Assembly (NCBI GenBank): GCA_000965745.1
Contig: CP009479.1
Coordinates: 1,504,001-1,568,000, forward strand
Direction: 5' to 3'
DNA: 64,000 nt
Origin: an uncultured archaeon
GTDB taxonomy: Archaea; Thermoplasmatota; Thermoplasmata; Thermoplasmatales; Thermoplasmataceae
Shown: positions 1-7,422 of the stretch, one piece after another
How the letters are laid out: each line of letters opens with the position of its first letter
How positions within the stretch are numbered: position 1 is the first letter of the stretch
Notes under the pieces: model-generated
Database searches by the model: none
What the model was told of the DNA's origin: nothing
The model's input: the letters and a program-made list of their open reading frames with translations, nothing else
Position numbers and translations under genes: made by a program

Positions 1-354
1 AGTCAATACCTGAGAGACAACAAGCATAAACTCTACAATTTTGTAGCGGGTGCCCTTGCAGATAGTATTATCATCAACTCTGCCAATGTTGAGGCAAGAA
101 TCGATAAGAGCAAGGGAAAAGCTGTATTGAGAAAGGATTTCAACAGATACTTTGAGGATAAACTCAGAAATGGCTCTAGGATAGGAAAAATAGACATCTA
201 CCACAGTGACTCAAGGAATTTTAGCGGGTTGCAGTTAGTGGACATCTTAGCGTGGTCCGTGTTTCAAAGATTCAACAATGCTGATCTTTCCTATTTTGAT
301 TTGATAGATACCGTGAAATTTCCACAATATATGGTGGAACTATGGAAGAAGTGA
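1..354 (+). CDS. DUF3800-family protein (5'-truncated by window edge)
   Basis: Frame 1 is open from base 1 (SQYLRDNKHKLYNFVAG...) into the 127..354 ORF. The C-terminal DSxxxxGLQLVDILAW motif is typical of DUF3800. Confidence 0.75.
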   Translation, partial: SQYLRDNKHKLYNFVAGALADSIIINSANVEARIDKSKGKAVLRKDFNRYFEDKLRNGSRIGKIDIYHSDSRNFSGLQLVDILAWSVFQRFNNADLSYFDLIDTVKFPQYMVELWKK

Positions 355-357
355 GCC

Positions 358-413
358 AGAGCCGATTGGAACGTTTAAACGTCCACCTCAAGGTAGGCTT
401 GTCCAATCGGTCT
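358..413. ncRNA. Candidate structured RNA next to DUF3800 gene
   Basis: GCCGATTGGA (361-370) pairs with TCCAATCGGT (402-411). The stem encloses palindrome ACGTTTAAACGT (371-382) and a second hairpin (383-397). Confidence 0.5.
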
Positions 414-525
414 TACCTGTAAGTAAACATTGTTAACAATGTTATAAATGTTTACACCGTACTCACTATCCGAGACACACCTGCGGGGTGCACCCGGTTC
501 AAACATACGATGGTCTTAATTATAG

Positions 526-1068
526 TTAAATACCTAACTTTCTATACTTATTATACTCCTCCGGAATGAACTTCCTGATCCAGCCTATCGAGAAGGAATT
601 GAACGGTGACAGTTCCTGGAAACTCTTAGAAATGAGGGATTTCATGTGATGTTCCGATGCAATGAAATTTCTCGATACAACTCTCTTTATGCTCTTCCAT
701 ATGAATTCAATTGGGTTGAGATCAGGCGAGTATGGCGGCAGGAAAATGAGTTCTATTCTGAGTTCTAGGGATAATTCCATCACCTTTGCTGCATGATGTG
801 ATGCAAAATTATCCAGCACCACCTTGATCTTCTTTTCAGGATTGTTCCTCCTTATCTCAACCAGAAACGCGCAGATATCCTCCTTCCTTGATCGCTCCAT
901 GAAGCTGCATGTACTTGTGCCATTGATTGCATAGAACCCTATGCAATTGATTCTGTACTTAGCTGTGTTCTTTATCTTCTCTGACCTTTTGAAGGACCAC
1001 ATCCTTACAGTGTTGGATGTGTTCTGTGGAGATGACTCATCCAGGAATCCTATGATCTCATCATCCAT
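526..1068 (-). CDS. IS630 transposase, DDE catalytic part
   Basis: Motifs FLDES, VVLDNFASH and FLPPYSPDLNPIEFIW. Confidence 0.92.
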   Translation of the reverse strand: MDDEIIGFLDESSPQNTSNTVRMWSFKRSEKIKNTAKYRINCIGFYAINGTSTCSFMERSRKEDICAFLVEIRRNNPEKKIKVVLDNFASHHAAKVMELSLELRIELIFLPPYSPDLNPIEFIWKSIKRVVSRNFIASEHHMKSLISKSFQELSPFNSFSIGWIRKFIPEEYNKYRKLGI

Positions 1069-1079
1069 GCTGATCTGGC

Positions 1080-1562
1080 CTAAGTTTTTTTTAGCCTTTC
1101 CTCAGCGTCCTTTGGACGCCTGAAGTCATGCGGATATGGCTTTGAGTACTTCATGCCCATCTGCCTGAGGATCGTGCGTACATGCTTCTGTGAGAACCTG
1201 ATTCCGAATCTCTTCTCAATGAGTTTCTGTACCTCCTCTGTGGTCCAGTCATCCCTTTCCTGCAATATTGTCCTGAGGCGTTCTTTCTTCTCCCCGGAGA
1301 GCTTAGCGGGCTTGCCGCCTGCAAATCTAGGTGCAAGGCCGTCATATCCATCCTCATTCCACCGGTCCTGCCACTGGTACCCGACCATCTTGTACACTCC
1401 GACCTTGGATGCAGCCTCTTCCACTGAATCTCCGTTGTAACGGTGCCTGACAAAGTACAGGCGCTTGAGGATCCGAGTGTCCTTCTCCAGTGTCTTGATA
1501 CGCTTTTCAAGCTCTTCCACACTCATTTTTCTGTCAATTGGTATGGTCTCCTTCCTGCCCAT
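1080..1562 (-). CDS. IS630 transposase, HTH part (probably joined to the DDE part by -1 frameshift)
   Basis: Motifs W..RWNEDGYDGL and WTTEEV...FGIRFS. An A8C run at 1084-1092 lies just before the stop. Confidence 0.9.
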   Translation of the reverse strand: MGRKETIPIDRKMSVEELEKRIKTLEKDTRILKRLYFVRHRYNGDSVEEAASKVGVYKMVGYQWQDRWNEDGYDGLAPRFAGGKPAKLSGEKKERLRTILQERDDWTTEEVQKLIEKRFGIRFSQKHVRTILRQMGMKYSKPYPHDFRRPKDAEERLKKT

Positions 1563-1639
1563 GGTTGTATAATACTAATACGTATTAAAAGTATGGTATT
1601 TAACTATAATTAGTATGTAAGGGACGCCTAAGGGTGGGA

Positions 1640-1930
1640 CTACATAGAGGGGTGGTTACCGTCTCGCTTTGTCGGTTTGAGTCCCGTCCTTATGTGTCTT
1701 CCGCATTTATGGCAGCGAATTCGTGAGACGTTCCCCGTGTATTTCCATTCATGGCCGCATCCCTTGCATTCGATAAGAATGCCCGGTATTTCTTCCCTTA
1801 ACGATGTGTCCAGCTTGTAGAGGCGCATCCTCAGATATGATTCTATATCAATAGACGGGTTGCTCTGTTTTATACGCCTAAGAACAGCTTCCTCAACAAC
1901 CAACTTGATCTCTTTTTTCGTCTCTATCAC
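1640..1930 (-). CDS. Small Zn-ribbon protein with RHH-like N-terminus
   Basis: CKGC...CHKC pairs; GGAGGTG SD; overlaps the upstream gene. Confidence 0.65.
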   Translation of the reverse strand: MIETKKEIKLVVEEAVLRRIKQSNPSIDIESYLRMRLYKLDTSLREEIPGILIECKGCGHEWKYTGNVSRIRCHKCGRHIRTGLKPTKRDGNHPSM

Positions 1931-2142
1931 CTCCCCTCGACATTTTCTTTATGGCATTCTCTAGTTCCAGTTTCATCGTGACAACCGCACAAGCAATAGA
2001 CAACAGCAGTTTCCTTGACCCCGAAATATGTGCCAAGATCATTGAGTGCTGCTCCCTGGCACCTTTCATGTTTTTCGTTCCGGCAATCCCTGAAAATATA
2101 CGGGATGTCTTTATTGAATAATGAGGGTGAATCATGCTTCAT
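1927..2142 (-). CDS. Small Cys/His-rich hypothetical protein
   Basis: CRNEKHERC...CLCGCH motif; overlaps both neighbours. Confidence 0.55.
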   Translation of the reverse strand: MKHDSPSLFNKDIPYIFRDCRNEKHERCQGAALNDLGTYFGVKETAVVYCLCGCHDETGTRECHKENVEGR

Positions 2143-2536
2143 CGTATTGCCCTCCCTTGCTCAGCCGATCCCTTATCTCCTTACGCTGTTCATCTGTGAG
2201 GGAATCCCATCTTTTCCGAGCTGCGAGCTTCCTGTTATATTCTTTGCTCAGATAGCCCCGGTATGGCAACCTTGACTTCAGTTCATCGGGCATGGATAAC
2301 CAGTACTTATGGCGTGTAGGTTTGGCCATTTCACACTTTGGATCGTCCTCAATACTTGTCCTTATATCTATCAGTATGTCGAGCGGGCATTTCGGGGCAG
2401 AACATATCTCGAACCTCGAACAGTAAGACATTGATTCAAGCGATAACGACTCCTTATCATTGGTGAAATCGTTTCTTTTTGTCTCATTTGTCCGGTCTCT
2501 CAGAATTGAAGGGGTCTCACCTGATTGCTTACTCAC
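2132..2536 (-). CDS. Cys-rich hypothetical protein
   Basis: CSRFEICSAPKCPLD...C cluster; operon-like overlaps. Confidence 0.6.
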   Translation of the reverse strand: MSKQSGETPSILRDRTNETKRNDFTNDKESLSLESMSYCSRFEICSAPKCPLDILIDIRTSIEDDPKCEMAKPTRHKYWLSMPDELKSRLPYRGYLSKEYNRKLAARKRWDSLTDEQRKEIRDRLSKGGQYDEA

Positions 2537-2718
2537 TGTCTTACTCTCCTTGCTACTCTTTGCAGAATCTTCTTTGAAAATTCTGGAAGTCTCCGCACGA
2601 TCTCTTTCCTCAATTCTCTCAGTTTCGTTCTTTCCACCTTCTTATTTTTATCCTGATTCTCTCCTCCAGTTCCTGGGCCCTCGATGCAAAAACAAAATAT
2701 GCGAACATGAGGGCTCAA
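2533..2718 (-). CDS. Small basic hypothetical protein
   Basis: Fills the operon gap with a GTGA overlap. Confidence 0.4.
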   Translation of the reverse strand: MSPHVRIFCFCIEGPGTGGENQDKNKKVERTKLRELRKEIVRRLPEFSKKILQRVARRVRQ

Positions 2719-2731
2719 AGTTGTAGATTGG

Positions 2732-2932
2732 TCATTTCATCAACTCCTTTTTGTCCAGTTCCTCAAGAATCAGCAACACACGGTCTTTTCTAATGGCCCC
2801 GGAGCCGTAAATCCCATCATAGTAAAGGTACAGGTTATGTTTGTTGCCGTAAAATTCCTGTGTTCTTTCGGCTATGCTTCTCTCGACCCTGGAACCGTCC
2901 GGGGATTTGTGGAAGATAGCGATGAATTTCAT
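2732..2932 (-). CDS. Hypothetical protein
   Basis: ATGA overlap with the helicase stop; GGGGGTG SD. Confidence 0.55.
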   Translation of the reverse strand: MKFIAIFHKSPDGSRVERSIAERTQEFYGNKHNLYLYYDGIYGSGAIRKDRVLLILEELDKKELMK

Positions 2933-4767
2933 TGCGGATCACCCCCTTTTAGCTTTATTTTACACTGTGCGATTAGCTCCTTGGTCTTTGGGCTCTCAGG
3001 ATAATACTCTACAATATCGCCGGCTTTGTAGACTGTCATGTTGAAGTAAAACTGTTTCAGGACAATGTAGGAGCGGTTAGGAGATGAATTCTTACCCGTG
3101 TTTTTTTGTTTTTCAGGGGAAAAGTTTCCATTTCTAATGTCAGTACTGTCAGTTTTATTCTGTGAGCCGGATTCCCTAGGCTTGCTACCACTTACATTAG
3201 CTTTTTTCGATTTTTTAATGTCAGGGTCTAATGTCAGCTTCCCGGTGCCGGATTCCCTAGGATCAGCTTGCGTACTGACATTACTGACATTAACTTCATA
3301 ACTTTTTTCCCCGCTGTCCAGTTTAGTTATTCTTTTTGTCCTGTTTCCGTCCGAGAGGGTCTCGTACAAAAAGCCCAGTTCAAGGAGCGTAGGAGATAGT
3401 TCTCTCAGGTTCCGACCCAGTCTCCTTTCGTCCTTCGGCATGTGTTTCCTCTGCGGCTCGGACATCAATTCATAAAGAATGTCGAACAATTCTGATGTTG
3501 TGCCTCTCCAGACGTCCCTATCCGCCATGAGGGTCCGGATTCCTTGAAGTATGGTAGTGTCCTTTGCTACATCCACGATCTCATTGTGCTTGGCTTCAGT
3601 ATATGCATTGAAGAATGACATGGCAGGGAGCCCCATGGCCCTGATTCCACACTCGGCCCATATAACGAAGTCCGCCATTCTCGGCAATCTCCCCTTATGT
3701 TCCGATTCTACCTCAGGATAGAGCTTGATCGCCTTCGGGATAACTGATAGAATGAATCCCCTCACTTTCGGTATGAGCATGTCCGCCTTGCTTCTAATCT
3801 CTGCGTCAGTGAGCCTTGCGACCTCGGACATCACGCCTAACTCGATGGGACATTCACGATCCATAAAGTCCGGTTTGTATCCCGGCCTGTTGATCCCATT
3901 CATAATGATCGGTCGCTTCAGCTTGAGGATCACCTCTCCCATGTTGGTGTAAAGCTCCCTGGTCCTGAAGCCCTGTCCTGTTGTCAGTCTGCAAATAATA
4001 TCTGAAATGTAGTCCGGCATGATTGTATTCACATTATCGAAGGCCAGCATGCCCTGGTGCATGGCTGATATCGAAAGGTCCCTTTCGTCATGCTTGAGGG
4101 ATTGGCTGTTAGCCCCGCTTGGATCGAATAGTTCCCGCTTTGTCTCGGTGCAAGAAGTCTTGCCGGCCCCGTGTCCGCCGGTAACAACTTCCATGGCATG
4201 AGGAATGCCGGGAATGAAGCGGGAAAAATCAAGGCCCATTGAAAGGATTTTGCCGTTCTCTGTGAGATTCCACAGATTGACAAGTGCCTGGTGGTCCTCT
4301 AGCTTTCCGTCCTTGATGGGAGCTTCGAGCATGCCGGCATATCTTGCCGTGTAGGGCTGGTCCGGTAATTTGAGACTGAATCCCGAATCTGTGATGAAAT
4401 AAACCTTACCGTCCGGCCTTATAGGGTCGTAGATAAATCCCGCTTCATGCTTGGCGACTCTTACCCCTAAGTCCCTGATGCTCTTTGAAGCAAGATAGCG
4501 GGCATAACGCTTTATGTTGGCTATCTCCTCGCCGTTTGGGAGTTCGCCCAGCCTGGAGTACTTCCTCTCGGTTAAGAGACCCTCGAAATTCCGGCCCTCT
4601 ATCTCCAGTGGTATGTTATCATCCTCAACATAGAATCCCATCCCCTGGGGATTGCTGAAAAATTGGCCTGTCAGGTGATTCAACAACTGGCTCTTGTTGT
4701 CCTTACCCGTTGCCTTCTTCCCTTTCACCTGTTTGTTGATTTTCTGAATGTCCTTATCCGGATTCAT
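2929..4767 (-). CDS. SF3/AAA+-like replicative helicase/ATPase of mobile element
   Basis: Walker A GGHGAGKT, Walker B MLAFDN, RPIIMNGI sensor, DFMDR Arg finger and a C-terminal wHTH-like segment; follows the primase. Confidence 0.75.
   Translation of the reverse strand: MNPDKDIQKINKQVKGKKATGKDNKSQLLNHLTGQFFSNPQGMGFYVEDDNIPLEIEGRNFEGLLTERKYSRLGELPNGEEIANIKRYARYLASKSIRDLGVRVAKHEAGFIYDPIRPDGKVYFITDSGFSLKLPDQPYTARYAGMLEAPIKDGKLEDHQALVNLWNLTENGKILSMGLDFSRFIPGIPHAMEVVTGGHGAGKTSCTETKRELFDPSGANSQSLKHDERDLSISAMHQGMLAFDNVNTIMPDYISDIICRLTTGQGFRTRELYTNMGEVILKLKRPIIMNGINRPGYKPDFMDRECPIELGVMSEVARLTDAEIRSKADMLIPKVRGFILSVIPKAIKLYPEVESEHKGRLPRMADFVIWAECGIRAMGLPAMSFFNAYTEAKHNEIVDVAKDTTILQGIRTLMADRDVWRGTTSELFDILYELMSEPQRKHMPKDERRLGRNLRELSPTLLELGFLYETLSDGNRTKRITKLDSGEKSYEVNVSNVSTQADPRESGTGKLTLDPDIKKSKKANVSGSKPRESGSQNKTDSTDIRNGNFSPEKQKNTGKNSSPNRSYIVLKQFYFNMTVYKAGDIVEYYPESPKTKELIAQCKIKLKGGDPQ
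3135..3292. repeat. Iteron-like array (putative replication origin) inside helicase gene
   Basis: TAATGTCAG at 3135, 3216 and 3229; inverted at 3275 and 3284; 1-mismatch copies at 3144 and 3191. A 15-bp direct repeat GCCGGATTCCCTAGG occurs at 3166 and 3247. Confidence 0.7.
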
Positions 4768-5704
4768 TAACTATGACCTCTAAAAATTCCATGAGTGCGT
4801 TAGGTCCCGCTACCTTTCCCTTCCCGTCCTTGAGCCTTGATATTGATGCATTATAGGCATTGGAAACAATCCAGGGCCTGTACTGTCCTTGTCCGGTACG
4901 CTTTATCAGTTCGCCGATAATGTATAGAAGGTCATTCTCTGTTCCACCTGATCCGGCGATATATCCGCTTATCCTGAGCATGAAGTTATGGAGCTTGCCC
5001 GTTCCGTTCTGCCAATACGGCGTAAGGACCTCTATTATCGTTTCAATGTCTTTTATTCCGTCCCCTATGTGTCTCGGCAATACCGAGCCTTCATATCCCG
5101 GCTTAACTGAATCCTTGAATAGCTTATTCTGGTCCATCTCCATCAGCGTGGAATAATTCTCAAACACATTGCCGGTAAGAAGGAAAAATCTCCCATAATC
5201 GTAAACCTCGATGGAATGTCCCCTTAGCTCGACGGCGGACCCTAGTCCCTGGGGCTTGGCTCCTTTAACAACGATGTGAACACCATTGCCGGAAATTGAA
5301 ATCTCGGTATAGCTCTGAATCTCATTGATAAGGTCAAGTACCCAATCCTCAATTTTGCCGTCATGGATCACGTTATCAAAATCAAGCCCGGTATAGTCAT
5401 GATTAAAAAAGAAGCTCAGATACTCGGCATTTCTGACGCTAAAAAAATTCGTCCATGTCCTGGGGTCGTTGCTCTTGGCCGGATAGCCATTTATTTGGTA
5501 TGGATATTTTTCATATTTTCCCTTGCCCTGATTCCAAACGGCTTTGGCAATACCCCACTGTTTTTTTAACCTCATTTCAAGCGGGACCGAGAAATTGCGT
5601 TTCGCATAGCCCGAGACTGTGAACGGTATTTTTATATTGCGTGTTGCATTATTACTTCGACTCGAATCTGCCGATGAGAAGTCACTTTCTCTCTTTTTGT
5701 TCAT
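4754..5704 (-). CDS. Primase-polymerase (AEP superfamily, NrS-1-like)
   Basis: Motifs DPRTWTNF, GLDFD, YTEISISGNGVH and IEVYDYGRFF. The start was moved to ATG 5704 (ATGA overlap). Confidence 0.8.
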   Translation of the reverse strand: MNKKRESDFSSADSSRSNNATRNIKIPFTVSGYAKRNFSVPLEMRLKKQWGIAKAVWNQGKGKYEKYPYQINGYPAKSNDPRTWTNFFSVRNAEYLSFFFNHDYTGLDFDNVIHDGKIEDWVLDLINEIQSYTEISISGNGVHIVVKGAKPQGLGSAVELRGHSIEVYDYGRFFLLTGNVFENYSTLMEMDQNKLFKDSVKPGYEGSVLPRHIGDGIKDIETIIEVLTPYWQNGTGKLHNFMLRISGYIAGSGGTENDLLYIIGELIKRTGQGQYRPWIVSNAYNASISRLKDGKGKVAGPNALMEFLEVIVNESG

Positions 5705-5865
5705 GACGTGGGTGCCTCCATCCTTAGCAGGCGCTCCCACGTCTGCATTTTGCTCAGATAGTCATCAATGTCCAGTCTATCGGGCTCCGACAGGATCAGT
5801 GTCTTGACCGGATCAGGAAACTTGATCGCCTTTGCCTTGAGGTCCTTAATATCGACTTCAGTCAT
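5701..5865 (-). CDS. Small hypothetical protein (54 aa, not in ORF track)
   Basis: MTEVDIKDLKAKAIKFPDPVKTLILSEPDRLDIDDYLSKMQTWERLLRMEAPTS; overlaps both neighbours. Confidence 0.65.
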   Translation of the reverse strand: MTEVDIKDLKAKAIKFPDPVKTLILSEPDRLDIDDYLSKMQTWERLLRMEAPTS

Positions 5866-6031
5866 TGTCTAGCACCGTGGGAAAAACCCTTATTGAGCCA
5901 TCCGCCTGTAATTCAACCGTCAGATCGGAGTACCTGCCAATCCCCTGGGCCTTAACCCACTCAGAGGGCAGCGTCATCTGGAAGCTGCCCTGCACCTGCA
6001 TGGCCCTCCTTTTCCATCTTATAGGGTTCAC
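5858..6031 (-). CDS. AbrB/MazE/SpoVT-like DNA-binding protein (57 aa, not in ORF track)
   Basis: RRAMQVQGSFQMTLPSEWVKAQGI...LTVELQADGSIRVFP; GTG start. Confidence 0.7.
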   Translation of the reverse strand: MNPIRWKRRAMQVQGSFQMTLPSEWVKAQGIGRYSDLTVELQADGSIRVFPTVLDND

Positions 6032-6104
6032 ACTATGATTATCGATTACGAGGTATTGATCGTCTTTTTAGATTCACGGAGCCACTATATAAATACATAT
6101 ATAC

Positions 6105-6137
6105 AACCATATGATTAACCATATGATTAACCATATG
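6105..6137. repeat. 12-bp tandem repeat in divergent promoter region
   Basis: AACCATATGATT x2.75 (6105, 6117, 6129) next to the AT-rich TATA-like stretch 6087-6103. Confidence 0.85.
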
Positions 6138-7075
6138 TGGCTGACTTTTTCCCAAGGGGCGTGACCGGTCTCATAATCTACAGGGGGCTGAGGTTCGCGA
6201 GGAAAGCCGACTTTCTAGAATTGTGCGATTATCTCAGGTACGTAGGAAAGAAGCTCTCCAAGCCTGAACGGTCGTTTTACAGTCAAAGAAGGAACAGGAC
6301 TGTTAACTATGCCCTATCCAAGCTCTCAAGTTATAACTTAGTAAAATGGGATGAAAGAGCCAAGAGATACGAATGCAAGGTTGATTATGAAGCCTATCTC
6401 AAGTTCCTTAGGGAGACTGCTGATGAATTGTATCAGAGGGGAAAAAGAGGAATTGAGCACAGCATCATGAAGCTTATAGAAGATTACGTAGACAGAGGGA
6501 TGAAGGATCCATCAAGAAATGTTGGGATCTATCATTCTGCAAGGAGTTCCATGGAACCCGAGTTCACACAAGAAGAAAGGGATCTCTTGGACTGCAACGG
6601 CTGGAACAAATACAACTCGATAGGTGAGGTCTACATGGACGACCTACTGCAGCTTGATCTTCTTGAAAAATTAATTCTCGAAAGAGGATGGAAAGCCCAA
6701 GCAGTGAGCGTCTCAATGTCTGAGATCGTCATGGACCAAGACAAAGAGAGGAAATGGATCAATGAAAAACTAGGGTTGGAGGGCCTACGTCAAGAACACC
6801 TCAAACTCAGGGCATCCGGCCCAATAAGAATCGATTTAGAAGCGGAACCAGAAGCATGGGATATTCTGACGGCCGAAGGATTGGCAGCAAGACGGGTGTT
6901 CAAATTAGAAGGATGGGACACAGAGAAAGCTCAAAGGAGGTACGAGTTATTTGGAGACTCCGTGTTTCATAGAATGGTTACAACAAAACCCTGGTGGTTG
7001 CGAACAGCAAATGAGAATGAAGACATTGAAAATATCTACTGGGGAGAAAAAGAGAAAAGGTCGAAGGATAAGTAA
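6137..7075 (+). CDS. Hypothetical protein, possible N-terminal winged helix
   Basis: 312-aa ORF. TVNYALSKLSSYNLVKWDERAKRYE resembles a wHTH recognition helix and wing. No integrase motifs seen. Confidence 0.65.
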   Translation: MADFFPRGVTGLIIYRGLRFARKADFLELCDYLRYVGKKLSKPERSFYSQRRNRTVNYALSKLSSYNLVKWDERAKRYECKVDYEAYLKFLRETADELYQRGKRGIEHSIMKLIEDYVDRGMKDPSRNVGIYHSARSSMEPEFTQEERDLLDCNGWNKYNSIGEVYMDDLLQLDLLEKLILERGWKAQAVSVSMSEIVMDQDKERKWINEKLGLEGLRQEHLKLRASGPIRIDLEAEPEAWDILTAEGLAARRVFKLEGWDTEKAQRRYELFGDSVFHRMVTTKPWWLRTANENEDIENIYWGEKEKRSKDK

Positions 7076-7164
7076 CATCATAGTTATTTAAAGTTGACTA
7101 TCACGGGTATATACTATTCATCAGTTTAGAGAGTCAAATATAGGGGTTTAAACCTAAATTGGTA

Positions 7165-7236
7165 TGGACCGGCGGGGATTTGAACCCCGGACCTCTTCCA
7201 TGCCAAGGAAGCGATCTACCTCTGATCTACCGGCCC
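7165..7236 (-). tRNA. tRNA-Ala(GGC)
   Basis: GGGCCGG/CCGGTCC-A acceptor with G3:U70; anticodon arm CTTCC-TTGGCAT-GGAAG; GGTTCAAATCC T arm. Confidence 0.96.
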
Positions 7237-7422
7237 TTATCTGCCTGATCTCAAACAACACGCGAACCAAGCTTGCGAACATACTAACGTGATTCATAAA
7301 TGTTGTGCAGAAGATCTTGCAGGCTATCTTATGAAAACCAGTACGTGCATGCTATCCGGCAATTCGCTATAGTTGAGTCTACGGCATAAAACTTTATATC
7401 TACACGGCTATCTTATCACCGG

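Larger units (their letters stand above)
519..1610 (-). mobile_element. IS630-family insertion sequence
   Basis: Perfect 18-bp inverted ends TAATTATAGTTAAATACC (517-534 and 1595-1612) include the flanking TA target dinucleotides. It contains HTH and DDE ORFs. Confidence 0.92.
1..7164. mobile_element. Integrated plasmid/virus-like element (right part) at tRNA-Ala 3' end
   Basis: Primase-helicase module, small regulators and nested IS abut the tRNA 3' end. The left end and integrase are not in the window. Confidence 0.75.

Noticed and set aside
479-505. GGTTCAAA-containing GC stretch as a possible attL or tRNA fragment
   Set aside because: It does not match the tRNA-Ala 3' half and forms no cloverleaf.
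1068-1095. Split IS630 transposase as a pseudogene
   Set aside because: An A8C slippery run and intact TIRs indicate ordinary programmed frameshifting.
6105-6137. Short repeats as a CRISPR array
   Set aside because: The 12-bp units have no spacers. I saw no CRISPR array or cas genes in the window.
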